This document shows, in pieces, positions 1 to 9,352 of a stretch of 58,238 nucleotides of DNA (its first letter is position 1; every line of letters starts with the position of its first letter). This DNA comes from a virus (lineage: Duplodnaviria > Caudoviricetes), in the IMG/VR virus record IMGVR_UViG_3300050343_000240, positions 1-58,238 of that record, one strand, 5' to 3'. The notes beneath the pieces are model-generated. The model did not search any database and had not been told where the DNA came from. It saw nothing but the letters and a program-made list of their open reading frames with translations. A program made the translations under genes and the position numbers.

Positions 1-872
1 TTAGTAATGCATCAAAAACAAGGGCTTTAAATTTTTACAATGGCATTAAAACCAACCCTAAGGCAATACTGGATCAAGTCAATCTTAAAGATTATAGAAT
101 TATTGGAAACGTAGTAGAACTTGCTAATGGAACTTCATATGATTTAAATAATCCTGGAGGTATTTTAGGTTTACTTTCTAGTATATCTCAAGAATATTAT
201 GGTAAAAATGAAAAAACAAATCAAATTTTAGATGCGTTTGATATATTAGTAGATAATGACCCAGATTTTAATTTTAGCAATAAGCCACAAGTTTCTACTG
301 AAAACACTGAGGGCGTTACACCTCTACCACAAAATGAAATTGCTGGCGCTGGATTGTTCGCATCCCAACCTACCACTGAAACACCTAAACCCCCTGAACC
401 CCCTAGATTCCCTGAGAATATAAAAAATCTTTCAACAGAAGATGTTGGAATTGGGGAATTTTTTAGTACTAAGCGATCAGGACTAGAAAAGCGAGTTATA
501 AGGAAGATTGAAAATGTTTATGGTAATGTTTTTTCCGAACAAAATGTTGCTAAAGCAAAATATGATGTTTTTGAAAGAGAAGAAGCTGAAGCAGAAGAAG
601 CTAGAATGCTAGAAGAAAGAGAAAAATTGAACGCAACGCTTAAAGGTATAGCATCTAAAATTAGAAACGCATCTAAAAGAATTTATGAGCCATCAGAGTT
701 GCCAAATTTAAATATTGCAGAAAAAAGAGAATTTGCTGAAATAATAGGAAAGCCCATAGGCGATGCTTCACCTTATGATATTTTAAAGTATCAATATATT
801 AAAGCTGGGGGCAACGCAAAAGACTTAGAGGCGATTGAAGTTAACAACTTTGATTCGTTTGAAAAAAAATAA
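1..872 (+). CDS. 3' part of a putative internal virion protein (continues from 57266..58238; ~614 aa in total)
   Basis: Frame 3 is open from base 3 to the TAA at 872; the track's start at 354 is an internal TTG. Confidence 0.8.
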   Translation, partial: SNASKTRALNFYNGIKTNPKAILDQVNLKDYRIIGNVVELANGTSYDLNNPGGILGLLSSISQEYYGKNEKTNQILDAFDILVDNDPDFNFSNKPQVSTENTEGVTPLPQNEIAGAGLFASQPTTETPKPPEPPRFPENIKNLSTEDVGIGEFFSTKRSGLEKRVIRKIENVYGNVFSEQNVAKAKYDVFEREEAEAEEARMLEEREKLNATLKGIASKIRNASKRIYEPSELPNLNIAEKREFAEIIGKPIGDASPYDILKYQYIKAGGNAKDLEAIEVNNFDSFEKK

Positions 873-898
873 ATAATAACGAAAGTAAATAAATAACG

Positions 899-3800
899 AT
901 GCCTGAGTTTAAATCAAAAAATAAATTTTACGATATTCCAGATCATCTTGTAGATGAATTTAAAATATCTCATCCTGATGCTGAAGAAATAATTTCTGAA
1001 GAGCCGGGAAAGATAAACCCTGCAAATCAAATAGGTGCGAAAAATGCAGGGCAAATAGAAGCACCCAATATGGATTTATTTTCGGAAACATCTTTTTCGG
1101 ATTCACAAGAAAAAGATACCGCTCTTGAAAGAACATTTGGTAAAAACTCTTTAACAGATTTTTTTGGTGATATATATAGATCAGCGCAAAAAGGTTTGCA
1201 ACAAGCAGAATTAGTAGACCCTAGCATAGATTTATTAAGATCAGAGGGAAATAACGATGAAATTATTTCAAAATATATAGCGGCTAATAAAGAATCATTA
1301 GAAAAAGCTGTGCAATCTGACGAAATGCGTAGCTTTAATAAAATATACGAAGAAGAAGGCGGTGGCTGGTGGGGTTTTATAAAAGGTGCAGCAAACAATC
1401 CTAGTGTATTAACTCAAGAATTAGTAAGTTCAATTGCAATGCAAATAGGAGCCCTTCAATCAGATGAGGTTGCTGGTGCTGCTACAACCGGTTTAGTTGC
1501 GGGTGCGGCTGCTGGAGCTCCTTTATTTGGAGTAGGTGCTGTTGCGGGAGGCGTTGCAGGAGCAATGTCCGGAGCAATGGTAGGTTTAGAAACAGGTTTA
1601 ACTTTTTCTGAATTATTAAATGAAGAAATAGGTGAAAATCTTACTGTTGAAAATGTTAAAGCAATATTGCAAAACGAAGAAAAGTTAAGTGAATTAAAAA
1701 ATAAAGCACTTGGCAGAGGATTAACTATTGGAGCTATTGAATTAGCAACTATGGGTCTTGCTAAAGGAGTAGGATCTACGGTAGCTAAAGCTGGTTTTAG
1801 AGGCGCGGTACCTGCTGGTTTAGCCGCTGGTGGAGCTATAGAAATAGCTGGTGGTGGTTTAGGTGAAGTTGCAGGTAGGTTTGTTGCAGGTCAAGAAATG
1901 GACGTTGCTGAAATTGGTTTTGAAGCATTTGCAGGGCTAGGCTCTGCACCTATTACTCTTGGAAAACAAATAACTAATACTGGTAAAAATATAGATAAAA
2001 TAAAAATAAATAAAATTTTAAAAGAAACTGAATATACTGATATTGTAGATTTATTTCTTAATGAAGAAAAAACATCCCAAAAGCAATTAGATATTTCTAA
2101 TTTTAAAAACTCTTTTGATATATTTAAAGAAAAATTAAATGAAAAAGTTAAATCTGGTAAAATAACAAAAGAAGAAGCGAATAAAGCAGGGGTTAATTTT
2201 ACGCAAACACAAGATGCCACTTCTACAGCTAATATAATGGAATTTGATGAGGCTAACAAGCTTTCTCTAATAGATTTACTGAAAGAAAGAGACAATTTAA
2301 GAAATTATATAAAAAAAGTAAACGATAAAGCTTTAACTGAAGCAGAACAAAATAAGGTTAAAGAACTTGAATCTGAAATAAAAAATTTAGCTTCTATTAG
2401 TGCTGGTAAAAAATTAAAACAATCTGTTTCTTTTGCTAAAAAAGCAGGAAAAGCTTTAGGTCTTAAAACTGAAATTTTAAATTCAGAACAAATTAAAGAA
2501 AAATATGGAAATGATCCTGAGTTTAAAGATCTAAAAATTGCCGATGGCTTTATTAGAAATGGATTAATTGTTATAAATACAGATGTAGCTAAAGAAAGAG
2601 GTGCTGTAACAGTTGGAAGTCATGAAATTCTTCATGGAATACTAAACACTGCGTTAAAAGGAAAAGATAGAGAAAAAATAGTAAATAGATTTAAAAAAAT
2701 AATAGGTAAGGAACAGTTAGCTGTAGTTGAAGGAAGATTAAAAGCTGTAGATCCTGACACAAAAAAAAGATTATATGAGGATAAGTACTTAGCTAAAGAA
2801 GGAATAGATGAATATTTTACAGCTTTTTCTGATGCAATAATCAAAAAAGAAATACAGTACAATGAAAATATATTTACCAAATTAGGCGATTTAATTCGCC
2901 CTATATTAAGAAAATATGGTTTTGCAAAAATTAAATTTGAGACCGGCAGAGATGTATATAATTTTTTAAAAGAGTACAATAAATCTGTAAAAGAAGGCCA
3001 GCTTAGCCAAGAAATTATTGATTTAGGAGCGGAAACTTCTCAGACTCAATTATCAGTATCTAAAAAAGCATCTGATAAAGTACAAGACATATACGAAAAA
3101 CAAGGAGCTGGAGGAGCTATAGACATAATTGATCAGTTTGAACCAATTGTAAATAAATTAGTAAATAAATATCGAAATGTACCAGGGTTTGAATATGAGC
3201 TTCTTAAAGACGAAATAGAGACTGGTAAGCGCGGTATTTTAGACATGATAATGGATTACACTCCTGAAAAAGCAAAAGGTGCTCCACTTGCAGGTTATAT
3301 AAATACATTTTTAAATCGTAGAGCTATTGAAGCGGCTAACCGTGTTCTTAAAACTGATTTTGAATTAGATGTTACAGAAGCCAAAGGAGTTACTGATACA
3401 GCAACAGCAGAAGAAATAATCGAAAGAGAAGAAGTTGATCCTGTAAATGAAATAAAAAGTTTACGTAAAGAAATTCAATTATCTGAAGAGCTTGTAACAA
3501 TAGTTAAAGATGCCATAATAAAAACTTTTGGAACTAAGCTACCAAATCCACAAGACCCTAAATTTAGATTAGAATTACAAAAAAGATTTAGAACAGAACT
3601 TAAAAAGCCTATGGCTAAGTTTGTAGGTAAACAAGCTGATTATGAATCTTTTTTACGTGATAACTTTAGGGCCATATATGATAAATTACCTCAGTCTTTA
3701 ATTAATAAAAGATTTAAAGAATTTGCAGAGCCTGTTTTAGATAAAAATGGTAAGCAATTACGTGAACGTACTGCTGAAGGTAACAAAATATTTACAAAAA

Positions 3801-6800
3801 AGAAAATAACACTAGCTGAGTTTATAAAATACTTTTTAGGTTCTGACGTTGGAAGATCTACACAAGGCACTAGAAAAACAGCAATAGTTGAAGCTGTAGC
3901 AGAAGAAATAGCATTTGATGCTACTATGGAAGTTTTGCAAAGTCCTGATGTAATAAATAAATATCAAGATATTGCAGGTATAACTGGCGAAGTATTACCA
4001 GAAAACTTTAAATCATTAATAGCTAAACAAGTTAATAGGGCAGAAGATTTTAAATTTTCTAAAAGCTTGGCTAATGTAGCTAAAGAAGAATATAATTTAG
4101 AATCTCAAGAATTAGCTAAAATACTTGATAAAACAAGTTTAGATAAATTAAGTAATAAATATCCATTAATATCCAATGCTATAATTTATGAAGCAGATCC
4201 TGCTGATATTAAATTTAGTCTTACGACTAAAGCTGATGGTAAATGGATACAAGAGCCATTAGGTCCACCTGCAGAAAGTTCAAAATTATACAAATTTAAA
4301 ATAGGAGAAATAGATTATGAAATAAAAACGTTTAAAGATCCTGATGCTTTTAATTATGATATATTTGAGCAAACAGAAAATATTGAAGATGGAGCTATTG
4401 ACAATGATCCAAAGTCCTGGGCTATGTCTTTTGCAGATGCGGATACAGGCTCTACAGATATAACAGGAGTCGCAGCAGAAGGGCTTACTAATCAATTTAA
4501 AGTATTTGGAACTGTAGCTAATGCAACTATAGATTTAATTAAAAAAGAAAAATTAAATTCTATAACATTTACTGCTAAAGAAGGTAGTAGAAAAAGATTA
4601 TATAACTCTTTAAATAAAAAGTTTGCAAATGAATTAAAGTGGGAAACATATGATTACCAAGCGGATTTAGCAGATGATTCAGAAACAATATTTATAGCTT
4701 ATGACCCCAAAGCTTTTCCAGCTGAAGAACAAATCACAACACCCACGTTAACTAAATTTTCAAAAGGAAAAAATAGTGAATATAATATTTCGGCTAAAGA
4801 ATTGTTATACGATAAAAAATCTTTTAATAAATTTAGAAAACTGTTTTTGATGCAGGGTTCAACTTTTCAAGATGAAGTTGGAGATTATAAAACTCGTTCA
4901 GGGTCTATGCCTCCCTCCCATGTACTTGATCCCACTCGATTTAAAGGCTACAAGTCTGAACTTAGCAATAAAGAAAGACAAGACTTTGATAAAAAAATTG
5001 ATAATTTAAGAATTGAACTTAAAAATATAGAAACAAAAAACAAAACAAGTGTTTTAAATAAAAATGAATCATATTTAGCTCCTGCAAAATTTATTGGTAA
5101 AACATTAAATCAAATTTTAAATAATTTAAAAACCGGAGAAATATTTAGAAGAACAAAAGCATATCAAAGAATTTATAAAACTATGTGGGAAAAGTATTAT
5201 AACATTCTTAATAAAAATCCAGAAATGTATGATTTTTTAGAAATGACTTTAGATACTTCTAATTCAAAATTAGACCATTGGCACAGATTAGGTGCTTTAT
5301 TTTTAGGGTTTGATCAAGGTGCTTTGCCAGTTCAAAGACTAGATAAAAAAGGAAACCCTATGTTTATAAGAAATCGAAACGGAGGGTTTATTTTAGATAG
5401 TAATGGAAATAAAATTCCAGAAATTCGCACATTTGAATATGAGCATGCTGTTCAAAATGATTTACAATGGAATAAATTATTAAAAGCAGCAGCTGAGTTT
5501 GCTAAAAAAAATGATAAAAAAGGATTTATTGATTTTGTTGAGAAATCAATGGAGGATTATGTTTTAGTTGGGTTATCATTTAATGATGCTAGAAAAGTTG
5601 ACAAAGCTGGATTTGCTCGTTTAATGCCAGAAGGATGGAAACGTTGGTGGGATAGATATTTCAATAATAAAGTAGCAAAAATAGACGGCGGAATAAATCC
5701 AAATAATATATCTTTTATAGAATATACTGATACTAAAGCTGGTGTTAAAGGTAATATTGGTCAACAATTTAATATTAATGATTCAGAAGGTAATACTCAA
5801 CTTTCTAGAACATTAAGCCGCCAATATAATGAAGATATACTGCAAGCTACGACAGGTGTAAAATGGTTTGAAAAGTTTTCTCCGGTTGAAGCTCGTATAA
5901 AAGGTAAAGGTAAAGGTAAAAAGTTTTTTATACCCTATTCAGCTGATGATTTTGTTGGTTTGCTATACACAACTTTAGGTAAAGGCGAAGTTGGTAATAA
6001 ACAAATGGAATGGTACCAAAATAATTTGCTTAGACCTTTTTCTCGTGGTATTCAACAATACGAAGCTGCTAAACAAAATGCTTTGCGTGAATGGCAAATA
6101 ATCAAAAAAGAAGCTAAAAAAGATGTTCCTGGAGGTTTAAATAAAAAGAATGCTACAGGCTTAACTAATCAAGATGCAGTACGTATATTTATATGGAACG
6201 AGCAGGGCATGGAAATACCCGGTGCAGGTAATAAGCTTATTAATGACAACTTAGAAGTTGTAAAAAATAATCCTAAGCTACAAGAGTTTGCAGAAAGATT
6301 AATGGCTTTAAATCCAGAAGGTTATCCTGAACCATCTAAAAACTGGGATTCAGGTGATATTACTACAGACATTGTATCATATATTAACGATGTTAAAAGG
6401 TCAGAGTTTTTAACTGAGTTTAAAGAAAATGCTGAAGAAATATTTTCTGATGAAAATAAACAAAAGCTTAGAGCTTTATACGGAGATAATTATATAGAAG
6501 CATTGGATGACATTCTTTTTAGAATGACTACTGGAACTAATAGAAGAAAAGGTGCAAGTAAAGTTGAACAGCAGTTTATGAATTGGACTAACAATTCTGT
6601 TGGTGCGATCATGTTCTTTAACGCTAGATCTGCTGTACTACAAACTTTGTCCGCAGTTAACTTTATAAACTTTAGTGATAATAATCCTATTAATGCTGCA
6701 ATTGCTTTTGCTAATTTTCCACAATATATAAAAGATTTTGTTGCATTATTTAATTCTGATTTTCTTAAACAAAGAAGAACAGGTCTACAAACAGATGTAA

Positions 6801-7834
6801 ATGCGGATGAAATTGCCAGAGCCGCTAAAGGTTCTAAAAATACTGCAAGAGCAATATTAAGCGCTTTACTTAAATTTGGTTTTACACCAACACAAATAGC
6901 AGATAGTTTTGCTATTGCTTCTGGTGGTGCAACTTTTTATCGTAATAGAATAAAGACATACTTAAAAGAAGGGTTAACTCAAAAAGAAGCCGAAGAAAAA
7001 GCATTTACAGACTTTCAAGAAATTGCAGAAGAAACACAGCAATCTGCAAGACCTGATAGAATATCATTGCAACAAGCGAGCTCATTAGGACGTATTGTAT
7101 TAGCTTTTGCCAACACCCCTATGCAATATGCCCGGTTAACTAAAAAAGCTACATTAGATTTAATTAATGGACGCGGAGATTGGAAGACAAATGTTAGTAA
7201 AATTGCTTATTATAGTGTAATACAGAATATTATATTCTCTGCGCTACAACAAGGTTTATTTGCTTTATTATTCGATGATGAAGATGATGATAAAGAAAAA
7301 TCAAGATTGTTTAGAATAGGTAATAGTAGTATTGATACTTTGCTTCGTGGTATAGGTGTTTATGGAGCAGCAGCAGCAACTGTTAAGAATATGATTTTAG
7401 AAATTATAGAACAGTCTGAAAAATCAAGACCTGATTATACTAAACTTGCAATTGAAGCTACATCAATTTCACCACCTATTAATTCTAAATTAAGAAAATT
7501 AGAATCTGCGGGTAAAACATTTACTTATAAGCAATCAAAAGAAAAAGTATTTACTGAAGGATTTAGTTTAGAAAATCCAGCATTTTTAGCTGGAGGTAAA
7601 GTATTATCCGCTGCAACAAACTTACCTGCTGATAGGGTTGTTCAAAAAGCAGATCATATTTATACAGCTATGCAACATGAAACGGAATTATGGCAAGCTA
7701 TAGCATTATCACTCGGCTGGTCTAAATGGGATTTAGGTATGATTAAAAATCAAACTAAAAAATCTAAAACACCATTAAGAAAAGGTAGAAAAAGCCTAAC
7801 AAGAAAAAGCCTAACAAGAAAAACAATTAAATAA
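899..7834 (+). CDS. Giant multidomain internal virion/ejection protein (Gly/Ala hydrophobic N-region, HExxH protease motif, sigma-r2-like domain, basic tail)
   Basis: 2311-aa ORF at the end of the structural arm; Gly/Ala-rich helices at aa ~190-350; HEILH at aa 575; sigma region-2-like aa 743-815. Confidence 0.75.
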   Translation: MPEFKSKNKFYDIPDHLVDEFKISHPDAEEIISEEPGKINPANQIGAKNAGQIEAPNMDLFSETSFSDSQEKDTALERTFGKNSLTDFFGDIYRSAQKGLQQAELVDPSIDLLRSEGNNDEIISKYIAANKESLEKAVQSDEMRSFNKIYEEEGGGWWGFIKGAANNPSVLTQELVSSIAMQIGALQSDEVAGAATTGLVAGAAAGAPLFGVGAVAGGVAGAMSGAMVGLETGLTFSELLNEEIGENLTVENVKAILQNEEKLSELKNKALGRGLTIGAIELATMGLAKGVGSTVAKAGFRGAVPAGLAAGGAIEIAGGGLGEVAGRFVAGQEMDVAEIGFEAFAGLGSAPITLGKQITNTGKNIDKIKINKILKETEYTDIVDLFLNEEKTSQKQLDISNFKNSFDIFKEKLNEKVKSGKITKEEANKAGVNFTQTQDATSTANIMEFDEANKLSLIDLLKERDNLRNYIKKVNDKALTEAEQNKVKELESEIKNLASISAGKKLKQSVSFAKKAGKALGLKTEILNSEQIKEKYGNDPEFKDLKIADGFIRNGLIVINTDVAKERGAVTVGSHEILHGILNTALKGKDREKIVNRFKKIIGKEQLAVVEGRLKAVDPDTKKRLYEDKYLAKEGIDEYFTAFSDAIIKKEIQYNENIFTKLGDLIRPILRKYGFAKIKFETGRDVYNFLKEYNKSVKEGQLSQEIIDLGAETSQTQLSVSKKASDKVQDIYEKQGAGGAIDIIDQFEPIVNKLVNKYRNVPGFEYELLKDEIETGKRGILDMIMDYTPEKAKGAPLAGYINTFLNRRAIEAANRVLKTDFELDVTEAKGVTDTATAEEIIEREEVDPVNEIKSLRKEIQLSEELVTIVKDAIIKTFGTKLPNPQDPKFRLELQKRFRTELKKPMAKFVGKQADYESFLRDNFRAIYDKLPQSLINKRFKEFAEPVLDKNGKQLRERTAEGNKIFTKKKITLAEFIKYFLGSDVGRSTQGTRKTAIVEAVAEEIAFDATMEVLQSPDVINKYQDIAGITGEVLPENFKSLIAKQVNRAEDFKFSKSLANVAKEEYNLESQELAKILDKTSLDKLSNKYPLISNAIIYEADPADIKFSLTTKADGKWIQEPLGPPAESSKLYKFKIGEIDYEIKTFKDPDAFNYDIFEQTENIEDGAIDNDPKSWAMSFADADTGSTDITGVAAEGLTNQFKVFGTVANATIDLIKKEKLNSITFTAKEGSRKRLYNSLNKKFANELKWETYDYQADLADDSETIFIAYDPKAFPAEEQITTPTLTKFSKGKNSEYNISAKELLYDKKSFNKFRKLFLMQGSTFQDEVGDYKTRSGSMPPSHVLDPTRFKGYKSELSNKERQDFDKKIDNLRIELKNIETKNKTSVLNKNESYLAPAKFIGKTLNQILNNLKTGEIFRRTKAYQRIYKTMWEKYYNILNKNPEMYDFLEMTLDTSNSKLDHWHRLGALFLGFDQGALPVQRLDKKGNPMFIRNRNGGFILDSNGNKIPEIRTFEYEHAVQNDLQWNKLLKAAAEFAKKNDKKGFIDFVEKSMEDYVLVGLSFNDARKVDKAGFARLMPEGWKRWWDRYFNNKVAKIDGGINPNNISFIEYTDTKAGVKGNIGQQFNINDSEGNTQLSRTLSRQYNEDILQATTGVKWFEKFSPVEARIKGKGKGKKFFIPYSADDFVGLLYTTLGKGEVGNKQMEWYQNNLLRPFSRGIQQYEAAKQNALREWQIIKKEAKKDVPGGLNKKNATGLTNQDAVRIFIWNEQGMEIPGAGNKLINDNLEVVKNNPKLQEFAERLMALNPEGYPEPSKNWDSGDITTDIVSYINDVKRSEFLTEFKENAEEIFSDENKQKLRALYGDNYIEALDDILFRMTTGTNRRKGASKVEQQFMNWTNNSVGAIMFFNARSAVLQTLSAVNFINFSDNNPINAAIAFANFPQYIKDFVALFNSDFLKQRRTGLQTDVNADEIARAAKGSKNTARAILSALLKFGFTPTQIADSFAIASGGATFYRNRIKTYLKEGLTQKEAEEKAFTDFQEIAEETQQSARPDRISLQQASSLGRIVLAFANTPMQYARLTKKATLDLINGRGDWKTNVSKIAYYSVIQNIIFSALQQGLFALLFDDEDDDKEKSRLFRIGNSSIDTLLRGIGVYGAAAATVKNMILEIIEQSEKSRPDYTKLAIEATSISPPINSKLRKLESAGKTFTYKQSKEKVFTEGFSLENPAFLAGGKVLSAATNLPADRVVQKADHIYTAMQHETELWQAIALSLGWSKWDLGMIKNQTKKSKTPLRKGRKSLTRKSLTRKTIK
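7787..7823 (+). repeat. 15-bp tandem repeat AGAAAAAGCCTAACA x2.5 encoding RKSLT
   Basis: Read directly from the sequence. Confidence 0.9.
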
Positions 7835-7835
7835 A

Positions 7836-8294
7836 ATGAAAATATCTAATCATATATCTTATCAAGAAGCAATAAGATCTAATACAGCGACACGGAGAGG
7901 TATTGATAATACCCCTGGAAAATACGAAATAACTAATATGGTTGGAGTTGCTGAAAATATTTTTGAACCGTTAAGACAATGGGTGGGTGGCCCGATTAAA
8001 ATTAATAGTATGTTTCGATGCGAAGAATTGAATACTGCTATTGGTGGAAGTTCACGGTCGCAGCATTGTCAAGGACGAGCAATAGATTTAGATGACACGT
8101 TTGGTCATAAAACAAACGCAGAAATGTTTAATTATATTAAAGAAAATTTAAATTTCGATCAGCTTATATGGGAATTTGGTACAGACGATAACCCTAATTG
8201 GGTTCACGTAAGTTATATTTCTAAAGATGAAAATAGAAATAGAATTTTAAAAGCTGAAAAAATTAATGGAAAAACACAATACAGTATAATATAA
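7836..8294 (+). CDS. Peptidase M15A-family endolysin
   Basis: FRCEELN-AIGG-SQHCQGRAID and WVHVSY zinc-peptidase motifs. Confidence 0.85.
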   Translation: MKISNHISYQEAIRSNTATRRGIDNTPGKYEITNMVGVAENIFEPLRQWVGGPIKINSMFRCEELNTAIGGSSRSQHCQGRAIDLDDTFGHKTNAEMFNYIKENLNFDQLIWEFGTDDNPNWVHVSYISKDENRNRILKAEKINGKTQYSII

Positions 8295-8310
8295 AAAAAC
8301 AAAATAGTTT

Positions 8311-8718
8311 ATGGGTTTACCAAAGAATGGCGTTGCAAGAGAGATTAGACATTATACAGGAGCTCTTATAATATTCTTTTTTATTGTAGGTATTATAATA
8401 GCTTTAATACAATTCCCAGTACTAGAAACAAATAAAGAAATTGTTATGACCTTAATAGGTATGCTTGCAGCTTCTTTAGCGATGGTTGTTTCAACTATAA
8501 CTGGTAGTAAACCTGATGATGTAAATGAACTAAAAAGCCAAGTACAAAAACGTGATGACAAAATAGATTTACTTGTAAGTCAAAAAGATGAATATGAAAA
8601 AATGATTATCACATTACAAAAAACAATTATTGAAAACCAAGATGCTTTAATGGATAAAATAATATTAAGATCCACTATTGATTACGATTTAAAAAATAAC
8701 CCACCAAAAAATGGCTAA
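8311..8718 (+). CDS. Membrane protein with 2 TM helices plus coiled coil (lysis accessory candidate)
   Basis: Two hydrophobic segments then a heptad-like region; adjacent to the endolysin. Confidence 0.55.
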   Translation: MGLPKNGVAREIRHYTGALIIFFFIVGIIIALIQFPVLETNKEIVMTLIGMLAASLAMVVSTITGSKPDDVNELKSQVQKRDDKIDLLVSQKDEYEKMIITLQKTIIENQDALMDKIILRSTIDYDLKNNPPKNG

Positions 8719-8995
8719 AAAAATATCTGAAAACACAGAGCTAACATTTGATTTAAAAACAATAGTTATAATAATTAGCTTCGTTGCTACTATAGTTGGC
8801 ATGTATTTTACATTAAAAGACGACATAGAGCTTGCTAAAGAATTACCTAAACCTGAAGTTTCAAGAACGGAATATGATCTTAAAGATCAATTAATACGTG
8901 AAACAATAATGAATACTCAAGAAAAGGTAGAAGAAAATAGTACTAAGCTTGATAAAATTGATGAAAAATTATACGAGATAATAAATAAAAAATAA
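8711..8995 (+). CDS. Single-TM coiled-coil protein (holin/spanin-like candidate)
   Basis: TM segment TIVIIISFVATIVGMYF followed by a charged coil. Confidence 0.5.
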   Translation: MAKKISENTELTFDLKTIVIIISFVATIVGMYFTLKDDIELAKELPKPEVSRTEYDLKDQLIRETIMNTQEKVEENSTKLDKIDEKLYEIINKK

Positions 8996-8999
8996 TACA

Positions 9000-9311
9000 A
9001 TGAAAAAGATTGCACTAATATTATTAATGTTTTTATCTTCTTACACATATTCGCAAAAATATACTTTGCTGCAAATAAATTCTGAATGGAATAAAGCTAA
9101 TGATGTTAAATTACCTAATATAAAAGGTGTTGAAAATTTATATGCTTTTTTAGAAGAGCAACCATCTTCAATAAAAAATTCTGTTAAAGCTGTTCCTGTT
9201 GTTATACTTTATAAAAACAACACTCCACTATATCAATGGAATGCAGATATTTCTCTTCGTCTTAAAATAAAAGAAGAAGAAATTATAGAAGTAATAAATA
9301 AAAATAAATAA
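9000..9311 (+). CDS. Secreted protein, possibly thioredoxin-like fold without CxxC
   Basis: Signal peptide MKKIALILLMFLSSYTYS; VKAVPVVILYK resembles the thioredoxin cis-Pro strand. Confidence 0.45.
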   Translation: MKKIALILLMFLSSYTYSQKYTLLQINSEWNKANDVKLPNIKGVENLYAFLEEQPSSIKNSVKAVPVVILYKNNTPLYQWNADISLRLKIKEEEIIEVINKNK

Positions 9312-9314
9312 AAT

Positions 9315-9352
9315 AAAAAAGGGTAATCTTAATTGACTACCCTTTAATTTTT
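9315..9352. terminator. Probable bidirectional intrinsic terminator where the two arms converge
   Basis: AAAGGGTAATC-TTAATT-GACTACCCTTT hairpin with A/T tracts on both sides, between convergent genes. Confidence 0.8.

Noticed and set aside
354-872. Independent 172-aa gene starting at 354
   Set aside because: The frame is open upstream to the window edge and joins the ORF from 57266
1027-4495. Antisense ORFs inside the giant gene (and similar ones in groEL, terL, portal and tail genes)
   Set aside because: They are reverse-frame shadows of long genes, with S/F/L-rich composition and against the arm's direction
899-7834. Virion RNA polymerase as in crAss-like or N4 phages
   Set aside because: No DxDGD/DFDID-type catalytic motif or single-subunit RNAP motifs recognised
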